Shown here: positions 43,301 to 55,799 of the stretch, in pieces
How positions within the stretch are numbered: position 1 is the stretch's first letter
Layout of the letters: every line of letters begins with the position of its first letter
Origin: Azolla caroliniana
Taxonomy: Eukaryota; Plantae; Polypodiophyta
Reading direction: 5' to 3'
Length of the DNA stretch: 64,000 nucleotides
Assembly: GCA_043228905.1 (NCBI GenBank)
Contig: JBHGNT010000039.1
Span: 186,001 to 250,000 of the forward strand
Program-made: the position numbers and the translations under genes
The notes under the pieces: model-generated
What the model saw: only the letters and a program-made list of their open reading frames with translations
The model's database searches: none
What the model was told of the DNA's origin: nothing

Positions 43301-44040
43301 AGGTATGAACATTGTAATTTACCTACTAGCTCTTCTCAACTCCCTCCTCAAATTTGCTAATTTCGTCATGTCTCTCGACCTGAGTTTCAAAATCTTGATT
43401 TTTTAATTCCATATCATAGCTAGCGTTGTTAGCTTCGATTCGCATGTTTGAACACAAAAATCCGATATCACACGAGTTAGGTATCAACATTTTTATTTAC
43501 TCAAGGGTTCCTCTCAACTCCCTCGTCAAGGTTGCTAATTTCGTCATATCTCTCGACCTGAGTTTCATAATCTCGATTTTTTAAATCCATATTATAGCTA
43601 GCGTTGTTGGCTTCGATTCGCATGTTTGAACACAAAAATCCGATATCACACGAGCCAGGTATGAACATTGTAATTTACCTACTAGCTCTTCTCAACTCCC
43701 TCCTCAAATTTGGTAATTTCGTCATGTCTCTTGACCTGAGTTTCAAAATCTTGATTTTTTAATTCCATATCATAGCTAGCGTTGTTAGCTTCGATTCGCA
43801 TGTTTGAACACAAAAATCCGATATCACACGAGCCAGGTATGAACATTTTAATTTACTCAAGGGCTCCTCTCAACTCACTCCTCAAATTTGCTAATTTCGT
43901 CATGTCTCTCGACCTTAGTTTCAAAATCTTGATTTTTTAATTCTATATCATAGCTAGCGTTGTTACCTTCGATTCGCATGTTTGAACACAAAAATCCGAT
44001 ATCACACGAGTTAGGTATCAACATTTTTATTTACTCAAGG
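34330..44040. repeat. Older, degenerate block duplication (about 34330-37980 vs about 40930-44040) with whole-monomer indels
   Basis: The offset falls in whole-monomer steps: CTATTT 34401/40994 (6593), CCAATATC 35621/42036 (6415), GAGTTTCATA 37501/43560 and TTGTTACC 37901/43960 (6059). Confidence 0.75.
38760..39100. repeat. Divergent satellite monomer pair; further copies at about 53170-53520 and about 54140-54410
   Basis: Dense private changes: AATTCACTCACGCGCTCTTCCAACCTC, GGTAATTTTTCATG, GACTTGAGTTGCAAAA, CGTTTCGC, CACGAACCAGATATGAACATTATAAT, GAAATTTGGAAAT. AATTCACTCA lies at 38861, 53272 and 54161. Confidence 0.9.
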
Positions 44041-47000
44041 GCTCCTCTCAACTCCCTCCTCAAATTTGCTAATTTCTTCATGTCTCTCGACCTTAGTTTC
44101 AAAATCTTGATTTTTTAAATCCATATCATAGCTAGCGTTGTTGGCTTCGATTCGCATGTTTGAACACAAAAATCCGATATCACACGAGCCAGGTATGAAC
44201 ATTTTAATTTACTCAAGGGCTCCTCTCAACTCACTCCTCAAATTTGCTAATTTCGTCATGTCTCTCGACCTGAGTTTCAAAATCTTGCTTTTTTAATTCC
44301 ATATCATAGCTAGCGTTGTTAGCTTCGATTCGCATGTTTGAACACAAAAATCCGATATCACACGTGCTAGGTATAACCAATTTAATTTACTCAAGGGTTC
44401 CTCTCAACTCCCTCGTCAAGGTTGCTAATTTCGTCATACCTCTCGACCTGAGTTTCAAAATCTTGATTTTTTAATTCCATATCATAGCTAGCGTTGTTAG
44501 CTTCGATTCGCATGTTTGAACACAAAAATCCGATATCACACGAGCTAGATATGAACATTTTAATTTACTCAAGGGCTCCTCTCAACTCCCTCCTCAAATT
44601 TGGTAATTTCGTCATGTCTCTCGACCTTAGTTTCAAAATCTTGATTTTTTAATTCCATATCATAGCTAGCGTTGTTAGCTTCGATTCGCATGTTTGAACA
44701 CAAAAATCCGATATCACACGAGCTAGGTATGAACATTTTTATTTACTCAAGGGCTCCTCTCAACTCCCTCGTCAAGGTTGCTAATTTCGTCATGTCTCTC
44801 GACCTTAGTTTACAAATCTTGATTTTTTTAATTCCATATCATAGCTAGCGTTGTTAGCTTCGATTCGCATGTTTGAACACAAAAATCCGATATCACACGA
44901 GCTAGGTATGAACATTTTTATTTACTCAAGGGCTCCTCTTAACTCCCTCGTCAAGGTTGCTAATTTCGTCATGTCTCTCGACGTTAGTTTCAAAATCTTG
45001 ATTTTTTAATTCCATATCATAGCTAGCGTTGTTAGCTTCGATTCGCATGTTTGAACACAAAAATCCGATATCACACGAGCCAGGTATGAACCAATTTAAT
45101 TTACTCAAGGGCTCCTCTCAACTCCCTCCTCAAATTTTCTAATGTCTCTCGACCTTAGTTTCAAAATCTTGATTTTTTAATTCCATATCATAGCTAGCGT
45201 TGTTAGCTTCGATTCGCATGTTTGAACACAAAAATCCGATATCACACGAGCCAGGTATGAACATTTTAATTTACTCAAGGGCTCCTCTCAACTCACTCCT
45301 CAAATTTGCTAATTTCGTCATGTCTCTCGACCTGAGTTTCAAAATCTTGCTTTTTTAATTCCATATCATAGCTAGCGTTGTTAGCTTCGATTCGCATGTT
45401 TGAACACAAAAATCCGATATCACACGTGCTAGGTATAACCAATTTAATTTACTCAAGGCTTCCTCTCAACTCCCTCGTCAAGGTTGCTAATTTCGTCATA
45501 CCTCTCGACCTGAGTTTCAAAATCTTGATTTTTTAATTCCATATCATAGCTAGCGTTGTTAGGTTCGATTCGCATGTTTGAACACAAAAATCCGATATCA
45601 CACGAGCTAGATATGAACATATTTATTTACTCAAGGGTTCCTCTCAACTCCCTCGTCAAGGTTGCTAATTTCGTCATACCTCTCGACCTGAGTTTCAAAA
45701 TCTTGATTTTTTAAATCCATATCATAGCTAGCGTTGTTGGCTTCGATTCGGTTGTTTGAACACAAAAATCTGATATTACACGAGCCAGGTATGAACATTG
45801 TAATTTACCTACTAGCTCTTCTCAACTCCCTCCTCAAATTTGGTAATTTCGTCATGTCTCTCGACCTTAGTTTCAAAATCTTGATTTTTTAATTCCATAT
45901 CATAGCTAGCGTTGTTAGCTTCGATTCGCATGTTTGAACACAAAAATCCGATATCACACGAGCCAGGTATGAACCAATTTAATTTACTGAAGGGCTCCTC
46001 TCAACTCCCTCCTCAAATTTGCTAATTTCGTCATGTCTCTCGACCTTAGTTTCAAAATCTTGATTTTTTAATTCCATATCATAGCTAGCGTTGTTAGCTT
46101 CGATTCGCATGTTTGAACACAAAAATCCGATATCACACGTGCTAGGTATAACCAATTTAATTTACTCAAGGGCTCCTCTCAACTCCCTCGTCAAGGTTGC
46201 TAATTTCGTCATATCTCTCGACCTGAATTTCAAAATCTTGATTTTTTAATTCCATATCATAGCTAGCGTTGTTGGCTTCGATTCGCATGTTTGAACACAA
46301 AAATCCGATATCACACGAGCCAGGTATGAACATTGTAATTTACCTACTAGCTCTTCTCAACTCCCTCCTCAAATTTGCTAATTTCGTCATGTCTCTCGAC
46401 CTGAGTTTCAAAATCTTGATTTTTTAATTCCATATCATAGCTAGCGTTGTTAGCTTCGATTCGCATGTTTGAACACAAAAATCCGATATCACACGAGTTA
46501 GGTATCAACATTTTTATTTACTCAAGGGTTCCTCTCAACTCCCTCGTCAAGGTTGCTAATTTCGTCATATCTCTCGACCTGAGTTTCATAATCTCGATTT
46601 TTTAAATCCATATTATAGCTAGCGTTGTTGGCTTCGATTCGCATGTTTGAACACAAAAATCCGATATCACACGAGCCAGGTATGAACATTGTAATTTACC
46701 TACTAGCTCTTCTCAACTCCCTCCTCAAATTTGGTAATTTCGTCATGTCTCTTGACCTGAGTTTCAAAATCTTGATTTTTTAATTCCATATCATAGCTAG
46801 CGTTGTTAGCTTCGATTCGCATGTTTGAACACAAAAATCCGATATCACACGAGCCAGGTATGAACATTTTAATTTACTCAAGGGCTCCTCTCAACTCACT
46901 CCTCAAATTTGCTAATTTCGTCATGTCTCTCGACCTTAGTTTCAAAATCTTGATTTTTTAATTCTATATCATAGCTAGCGTTGTTACCTTCGATTCGCAT

Positions 47001-48980
47001 GTTTGAACACAAAAATCCGATATCACACGAGTTAGGTATCAACATTTTTATTTACTCAAGGGCTCCTCTCAACTCCCTCCTCAAATTTGCTAATTTCTTC
47101 ATGTCTCTCGACCTTAGTTTCAAAATCTTGATTTTTTAAATCCATATCATAGCTAGCGTTGTTGGCTTCGATTCGCATGTTTGAACACAAAAATCCGATA
47201 TCACACGAGCCAGGTATGAACATTTTAATTTACTCAAGGGCTCCTCTCAACTCACTCCTCAAATTTGCTAATTTCGTCATGTCTCTCGACCTGAGTTTCA
47301 AAATCTTGCTTTTTTAATTCCATATCATAGCTAGCGTTGTTAGCTTCGATTCGCATGTTTGAACACAAAAATCCGATATCACACGTGCTAGGTATAACCA
47401 ATTTAATTTACTCAAGGGTTCCTCTCAACTCCCTCGTCAAGGTTGCTAATTTCGTCATACCTCTCGACCTGAGTTTCAAAATCTTGATTTTTTAATTCCA
47501 TATCATAGCTAGCGTTGTTAGCTTCGATTCGCATGTTTGAACACAAAAATCCGATATCACACGAGCTAGATATGAACATTTTAATTTACTCAAGGGCTCC
47601 TCTCAACTCCCTCCTCAAATTTGGTAATTTCGTCATGTCTCTCGACCTTAGTTTCAAAATCTTGATTTTTTAATTCCATATCATAGCTAGCGTTGTTAGC
47701 TTCGATTCGCATGTTTGAACACAAAAATCCGATATCACACGAGCTAGGTATGAACATTTTTATTTACTCAAGGGCTCCTCTCAACTCCCTCGTCAAGGTT
47801 GCTAATTTCGTCATGTCTCTCGACCTTAGTTTACAAATCTTGATTTTTTTAATTCCATATCATAGCTAGCGTTGTTAGCTTCGATTCGCATGTTTGAACA
47901 CAAAAATCCGATATCACACGAGCTAGGTATGAACATTTTTATTTACTCAAGGGCTCCTCTTAACTCCCTCGTCAAGGTTGCTAATTTCGTCATGTCTCTC
48001 GACGTTAGTTTCAAAATCTTGATTTTTTAATTCCATATCATAGCTAGCGTTGTTAGCTTCGATTCGCATGTTTGAACACAAAAATCCGATATCACACGAG
48101 CCAGGTATGAACCAATTTAATTTACTCAAGGGCTCCTCTCAACTCCCTCCTCAAATTTTCTAATGTCTCTCGACCTTAGTTTCAAAATCTTGATTTTTTA
48201 ATTCCATATCATAGCTAGCGTTGTTAGCTTCGATTCGCATGTTTGAACACAAAAATCCGATATCACACGAGCCAGGTATGAACATTTTAATTTACTCAAG
48301 GGCTCCTCTCAACTCACTCCTCAAATTTGCTAATTTCGTCATGTCTCTCGACCTGAGTTTCAAAATCTTGCTTTTTTAATTCCATATCATAGCTAGCGTT
48401 GTTAGCTTCGATTCGCATGTTTGAACACAAAAATCCGATATCACACGTGCTAGGTATAACCAATTTAATTTACTCAAGGCTTCCTCTCAACTCCCTCGTC
48501 AAGGTTGCTAATTTCGTCATACCTCTCGACCTGAGTTTCAAAATCTTGATTTTTTAATTCCATATCATAGCTAGCGTTGTTAGGTTCGATTCGCATGTTT
48601 GAACACAAAAATCCGATATCACACGAGCTAGATATGAACATATTTATTTACTCAAGGGTTCCTCTCAACTCCCTCGTCAAGGTTGCTAATTTCGTCATAC
48701 CTCTCGACCTGAGTTTCAAAATCTTGATTTTTTAAATCCATATCATAGCTAGCGTTGTTGGCTTCGATTCGGTTGTTTGAACACAAAAATCTGATATTAC
48801 ACGAGCCAGGTATGAACATTGTAATTTACCTACTAGCTCTTCTCAACTCCCTCCTCAAATTTGGTAATTTCGTCATGTCTCTCGACCTTAGTTTCAAAAT
48901 CTTGATTTTTTAATTCCATATCATAGCTAGCGTTGTTAGCTTCGATTCGCATGTTTGAACACAAAAATCCGATATCACAC
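42812..48980. repeat. 17-monomer tandem duplication (3021 bp), followed by a partial 7-monomer (1240 bp) repeat to about 49650
   Basis: ATTTACTGAAG at 42961/45982. An 8-bp deletion junction at 45141/48162/49402 (offsets 3021, 1240). Identical spurious ORFs at 44926/47947/49187 show the same offsets. Confidence 0.92.
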
Positions 48981-51900
48981 GAGCTAGGTATGAACATTTT
49001 TATTTACTCAAGGGCTCCTCTCAACTCCCTCGTCAAGGTTGCTAATTTCGTCATGTCTCTCGACCTTAGTTTACAAATCTTGATTTTTTTAATTCCATAT
49101 CATAGCTAGCGTTGTTAGCTTCGATTCGCATGTTTGAACACAAAAATCCGATATCACACGAGCTAGGTATGAACATTTCTATTTACTCAAGGGCTCCTCT
49201 TAACTCCCTCGTCAAGGTTGCTAATTTCGTCATGTCTCTCGACGTTAGTTTCAAAATCTTGATTTTTTAATTCCATATCATAGCTAGCGTTGTTAGCTTC
49301 GATTCGCATGTTTGAACACAAAAATCCGATATCACACGAGCCAGGTATGAACCAATTTAATTTACTCAAGGGCTCCTCTCAACTCCCTCCTCAAATTTTC
49401 TAATGTCTCTCGACCTTAGTTTCAAAATCTTGATTTTTTAATTCCATATCATAGCTAGTGTTGTTAGCTTCGATTCGCATGTTTGAACACAAAAATCCGA
49501 TATCACACGAGCCAGGTATGAACATTTTAATTTACTCAAGGGCTCCTCTCAACTCACTCCTCAAATTTGCTAATTTCGTCATGTCTCTCGACCTGAGTTT
49601 CAAAATCTTGCTTTTTTAATTCCATATCATAGCTAGCGTTGTTAGCTTCGATTCGCATGTTTGAACAGAAAAAATCCGATATAACACGTGCTAGGTATAA
49701 CCAATTTAATTTACTCAAGGGTTCCTCTCAACTCCCTCGTCAAGGTTGCTAATTTCGTCATACCTCTCGACCTGAGTTTCAAAATCTTGATTTTTTAAAT
49801 CCATATCATAGCTAGCGTTGTTGGCTTCGATTCGCATGTTTGAACACAAAAATCTGATATCACACGAGCCAGGTATGAACATTGTAATTTACCTACTAGC
49901 TCTTCTCAACTCCCTCCTCAAATTTGGTAATTTCGTGATGTCTCTCGACCTTAGTTTCAAAATCTTGATTTTTTAATTCCATATCATAGCTAGTGTTGTT
50001 AGCTTCGATTCTCATGTTTGAACACAAAAATCCGATATCACACGAGCCAGGTATGAACATTTTAATTTACTCAAGGGCTCCTCTCAACTCACTCCTCAAA
50101 TTTGCTAATTTCGTCATGTCTCTCGACCTGAGTTTCAAAATCTTGCTTTTTTAATTCCATATCATAGCTAGCGTTGTTAGCTTCGATTCGCATGTTTGAA
50201 CACAAAAATCCGATATAACACGTGCTAGGTATAACCAATTTAATTTACTCAAGGGTTCCTCTCAACTCCCTCGTCAAGGTTGCTAATTTCGTCATACCTC
50301 TCGACCTGAGTTTCAAAATCTTGATTTTTTAAATCCATATCATAGCTAGCGTTGTTGGCTTCGATTCGCATGTTTGAACACAAAAATCTGATATCACACG
50401 AGCCAGGTATGAACATTGTAATTTACCTACTAGCTCTTCTCAACTCCCTCCTCAAATTTGGTAATTTCGTCATGTCTCTCGACCTTAGTTTCAAAATCTT
50501 GATTTTTTAATTCCATATCATAGCTAGCGTTGTTAGCTTCGATTCGCATGTTTGAACACAAAAATCCGATATCACACGAGCTAGGTATGAACATTTTTAT
50601 TTACTCAAGGGCTCCTCTCAACTCCCTCGTCAAGGTTGCTAATTTCGTCATGTCTCTCGACCTTAGTTTCAAAATCTTGATTTTTTTAATTCCATATCAT
50701 AGCTAGCGTTGTTAGCTTCGATTCGCATGTTTGAACACAAAAATCCGATATCACACGAGCTAGGTATGAACATTTTTATTTACTCAAGGGCTCCTCTTAA
50801 CTCCCTCGTCAAGGTTGCTAATTTCGTCATGTCTCTCGACGTTAGTTTCAAAATCTTGATATTTTAATTCCATATCATAGCTAGCGTTGTTAGCTTCGAT
50901 TCGCATGTTTGAACACAAAAATCCGATATCGCACGAGCCAGGTATGAACCAATTTAATTTACTCAAGGGCTCCTCTCAACTCCCTCCTCAAATTTGCTAA
51001 TTTCGTCATGTCTCTCGACCTTAGTTTCAAAATCTTGATTTTTTAATTCCATATCATAGCTAGCGTTGTTGGCTTCGATTCGCATGTTTGAACACAAAAA
51101 TCCAATATCACACGAGCCAGGTATGAACATTGTAATTTACCTACTAGCTCTTCTCAACTCCCTCCTCAAATTTGGTAATTTCGTCATGTCTCTCGACCTT
51201 AGTTTCAAAATCTTGATTTTTTAATTCCATATCATAGCTAGCGTTGTTAGCTTCGATTCGCATGTTTGAACACAAAAATCCGATATCACACGAGCTAGGT
51301 ATAACATTTTTATTTACTCAAGGGCTCCTCTCAACTCCCTCGTCAAGGATGCTAATTTCGTCATGTCTCTCGACCTGAGTTTCAAAATCTTGATTTTTTA
51401 ATTCCATATCATAGCTAACGTTGTTAGCTTCGATTCGCATGTTTGAACACAGAAATCCGATATCACACGAGCCAGGTATGAACATTTTAATTTACTCAAG
51501 GGCTCCTCTGAACTCCCTCCTCAAATTTTGTAATTTCGTCATGTCTCTCGACCTGGGTTTCAAAATCTTGATTTTTTTAATTCCATATCATAGCTAGCGT
51601 TGTTAGCTTCGATTCGCATGTTTGAACACAAAAATCCGATATCACACGAGCTAGGTATGAACATTTTTATTTACTCAAGGGCTCCTCTTAACTCCCTCGT
51701 CAAGGTTGCTAATTTCGTCATGTCTCTCGACGTTAGTTTCAAAATCTTGATTTTTTAATTCCATATCATAGCTAGCGTTGTTAGCTTCGATTCGCATGTT
51801 TGAACACAAAAATCCGATATCACACGAGCTAGGTATGAACATTTTTATTTACTCAAGGGTTCCTCTCAACTCCCTCGTCAAGGTTGCTAATTTCGTCATA

Positions 51901-54900
51901 TCTCTCGACCTGAGTTTCAAAATCTTGATTTTTTAAATCCATATCATAGCTAGCGTTGTTGGCTTCGATTCGCATGTTTGAACACAAAAATCCGATATCA
52001 CACGAGCCAGGTATGAACATTGTAATTTACCTACTAGCTCTTCTCAACTCCCTCCTCAAATTTGGTAATTTCGTGATGTCTCTCGACCTTAGTTTCAAAA
52101 TCTTGATTTTTTAATTCCATATCATAGCTAGTGTTGTTTGCTTCGATTCGCATGTTTGAACACAAAAATCCGATATCACACGAGCCAGGTATGAACATTT
52201 TAATTTACTCAAGGGCTCCTCTCAACTCACTCCTCAAATTTGCTAATTTCGTCATGTCTCTCGACCTTAGTTTCAAAATCTTGATTTTTTAATTCTATAT
52301 CATAGCTAGCGTTGTTAGCTTCGATTCGCATGTTTGAACACAAAAATCCGATATCACACGAGTTAGGTATCAACATTTTTATTTACTCAAGGGTTCCTCT
52401 CAACTCCCTCCTTAAATTTGGTAATTTCGTCATGTCTCTCGACCTTAGTTTCAAAATCTTGATTTTTTAATTCCATATCATAGCTAGCGTTGTTAGCTTC
52501 GATTCGAATGTTTGAACACAAAAATCCGATATCACACGAGCTAGGTATGAACATTTTTATTTACTCAAGGGCTCCTCTCAACTCCCTCGTCAAGGTTGCT
52601 AATTTCGTCATGTCTCTCGACCTTAGTTTAAAAATCTTGATTTTTTTTACTTCCATATCATAGCTAGCGTTGTTAGCTTCGATTCGCATGTTTGAACACA
52701 AAAATCCGATATCACACGAGCTAGGTATGAACATTTTTATTTACTCAAGGGCTCTTCTCAACTCCCTCGTCAAGGTTGCTAATTTCGTCATGTCTCTCGA
52801 CCTGAGTTTCAAAATCTTGATTTTTTAATTCCATATCATAGCTAGCGTTGTTAGCTTCGATTCGCATGTTTGAACACAAAAATCCGATATCACACGAGCC
52901 AGGTATGAACACTGTAATTTACTCAAGGGCTCTTCTCAACTCACTCCTCAAATTTGCTAATTTCGTCCTGTCTCTCGACCTTAGTTTCAAAATCTTGATT
53001 TTTTAATTCCATATCATAGCTAGCGTTGTTAGCTTCGATTCGCATGTTTGAACACAAAAATCCGATATCACACGAGTTAGGTATCAACATTTTTATTTAC
53101 TCAAGGGTTCCTCTCAACTCACTCCTCAAACTTGCTAATTTCGTCATGTCTCTTGACCTGAGTTTCAAAATCTTGTTTTTTTTATTCCATATCATAGCTA
53201 GCGTTGTTAGCTTACATTCGCATGTTTGAACACAAAAATCCGATATCACACGAGCCAGGTATGAACATTTTAATTCACTCACGCGCTCTTCCAACCTCAC
53301 TCCTCAAATTTGGTAATTTTTCATGTCTCTCGACTTGAGTTGCAAAATCTTGATTTTTTAATTCCATATCATAGCTAGCGTTGTTAGCTTCGTTTCGCAT
53401 GTTTGAACACAAAAATCCAATATCACACGAACCAGATATGAACATTATAATTTACCTACTAGCTCTTCTCAACTCCCTCCTGAAATTTGGAAATTTCGTC
53501 ATGTCCCTCGACCTAAGTTTCAAAATCTTGATTTTTTAATTCCATATCATAGCTAGCGTTGTTAGCTTCGATTCGCATGTTTGTACACAAAAATCCGATA
53601 TCACACGAGCCAGGTATGAACATTGTAATTTACCTACTAGCTCTTCTCAACTCCCTCCTCAAATTTGGTAATTTCGTCATGTCTCTCGACCTTAGTTTCA
53701 AAATCTTGATTTTTTAATTCCATATCATAGCTAGCGTTGTTAGCTTCGATTCGCATGTTTGAACACAAAAATCCGATATCACACGAGTTAGGTATCAACA
53801 TTTTTATTTACTCAAGGGTTCCTCTCAACTCCCTCGTCAAGGTTGCTAATTTCGTCATATCTCTCGACCTGAGTTTCAAAATCTTGATTTTTTAAATCCA
53901 TATCATAGCTAGCGTTGTTGGCTTCGATTCGCATGTTTGAACACAAAAATCCGATATCACACGAGCCAGGTATGAACATTGTAATTTACCTACTAGCTCT
54001 TCTCAACTCCCTCCTCAAATTTGCTAATTTCGTCATGTCTCTCGACCTTAGTTTCAAAATCTTGATTTTTTAATTCTATATCATAGCTAGCGTTGTTAGC
54101 TTCGATTCGCATGTTTGAACACAAAAATCCGATATCACACGAGCCAGGTATGAACATTTTAATTCACTCACGTGCTCTTCCAACCTCACTCCTCAAATTT
54201 GGTAATTTTTCATGTCTCTCCACTTGAGTTGCAAAATCTTGATTTTTTAATTCCATATCATAGCTAGCGTTGTTAGCTTCGTTTCGCATGTTTGAACACA
54301 AAAATCCAATATCACACGAACCAGATATGAACATTATAATTTACCTACTAGCTCTTCTCAACTCCCTCCTGAAATTTGGAAATTTCGTCATGTCCCTCGA
54401 CCTGAGTTTCAAAATCTTGATTTTTTAATTCCATATCATAGCTAGCGTTGTTAGCTTCGATTCGCATGTTTGTACACAAAAATCCGATATCACACGAGCC
54501 AGGTATGAACATTGTAATTTACCTACTAGCTCTTCTCAACTCCCTCCTCAAATTTGGTAATTTCGTCATGTCTCTCGACCTTAGTTTCAAAATCTTGATT
54601 TTTTAATTCCATATCATAGCTAGCGTTGTTAGCTTCGATTCGCATGTTTGAACACAAAAATCCGATATCACACGAGCTAGGTATGAACATTTTTATTTAC
54701 TCAAGGGTTCCTCTCAACTCCCTCGTCAAGGTTGCTAATTTCGTCATATCTCTCGACCTGAGTTTCAAAATCTTGATTTTTTAAATCCATATCATAGCTA
54801 GCGTTGTTGGCTTCGATTCGCATGTTTGAACACAAAAATCCGATATCACACGAGCCAGGTATGAACATTGTAATTTACCTACTAGCTCTTCTCAACTCCC

Positions 54901-55799
54901 TCCTCAAATTTGCTAATTTCGTCATGTCTCTCGACCTTAGTTTCAAAATCTTGATTTTTTAATTCTATGTCATAGCTAGCGTTGTTAGCTTCGATTCGCA
55001 TGTTTGAACACAAAAATCCGATATCACACGAGTTAGGTATCAACATTTTTATTTACTCAAGGGTTCCTCTCAACTCCCTCGTCAAGGTTGCTAATTTCGT
55101 CATATCTCTCGACCTGAGTTTCAAAATCTTGATTTTTTAAATCCATATCATAGCTAGCGTTGTTGGCTTCGATTCGCATGTTTGAACACAAAAATCCGAT
55201 ATCACACGAGCCAGGTATGAACATTGTAATTTACCTACTAGCTCTTCTCAACTCCCTCCTCAAATTTGGTAATTTCGTCATGTCTCTCGACCTTAGTTTC
55301 AAAATCTTGATTTTTTAATTCCATATCATAGCTAGTGTTGTTAGCTTCGATTCGCATGTTTGAACACAAAAATCCGATATCACACGAGCCAGGTATGAAC
55401 ATTTTAATTTACTCAAGGGCTCCTCTCAACTCACTCCTCAAATTTGCTAATTTCGTCATGTCTCTCGACCTGAGTTTCAAAATCTTGCTTTTTTAATTCC
55501 ATATCATAGCTAGCGTTGTTAGCTTCGATTCGCATGTTTGAACACAAAAATCCGATATAACACGTGCTAGGTATAACCAATTTAATTTACTCAAGGGCTC
55601 CTCTCAACTCACTCCTCAAATTTCCTAATTTCGTCATGTCTCTCGACCTTAGTTTCAAAATCTTGATTTTTTAATTCCATATCATACCTAGCGTTGTTAG
55701 CTTCGATTCGCATGTTTGAACACAAAACTCCGATATCACACGAGCCAGGTATGAACAGTGTAATTTACTCAAGGGCTCCTCTCAACTTACTCCTCAAAT

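Noticed and set aside
33699-50966. Seven near-identical 60-aa minus-strand ORFs (MSKLNWFIPGSCDIG...)
   Set aside because: Each spans about one satellite monomer and is open only where the +1 GAACCAATTT variant and particular alleles remove stops. They begin at a non-ATG codon and show no recognisable domain or gene context.
38615-53300. 67-aa ORFs on both strands at about 38.6 kb and 53.0 kb
   Set aside because: They arise from stop-codon loss in the divergent monomers, overlap each other antisense and consist entirely of satellite sequence.
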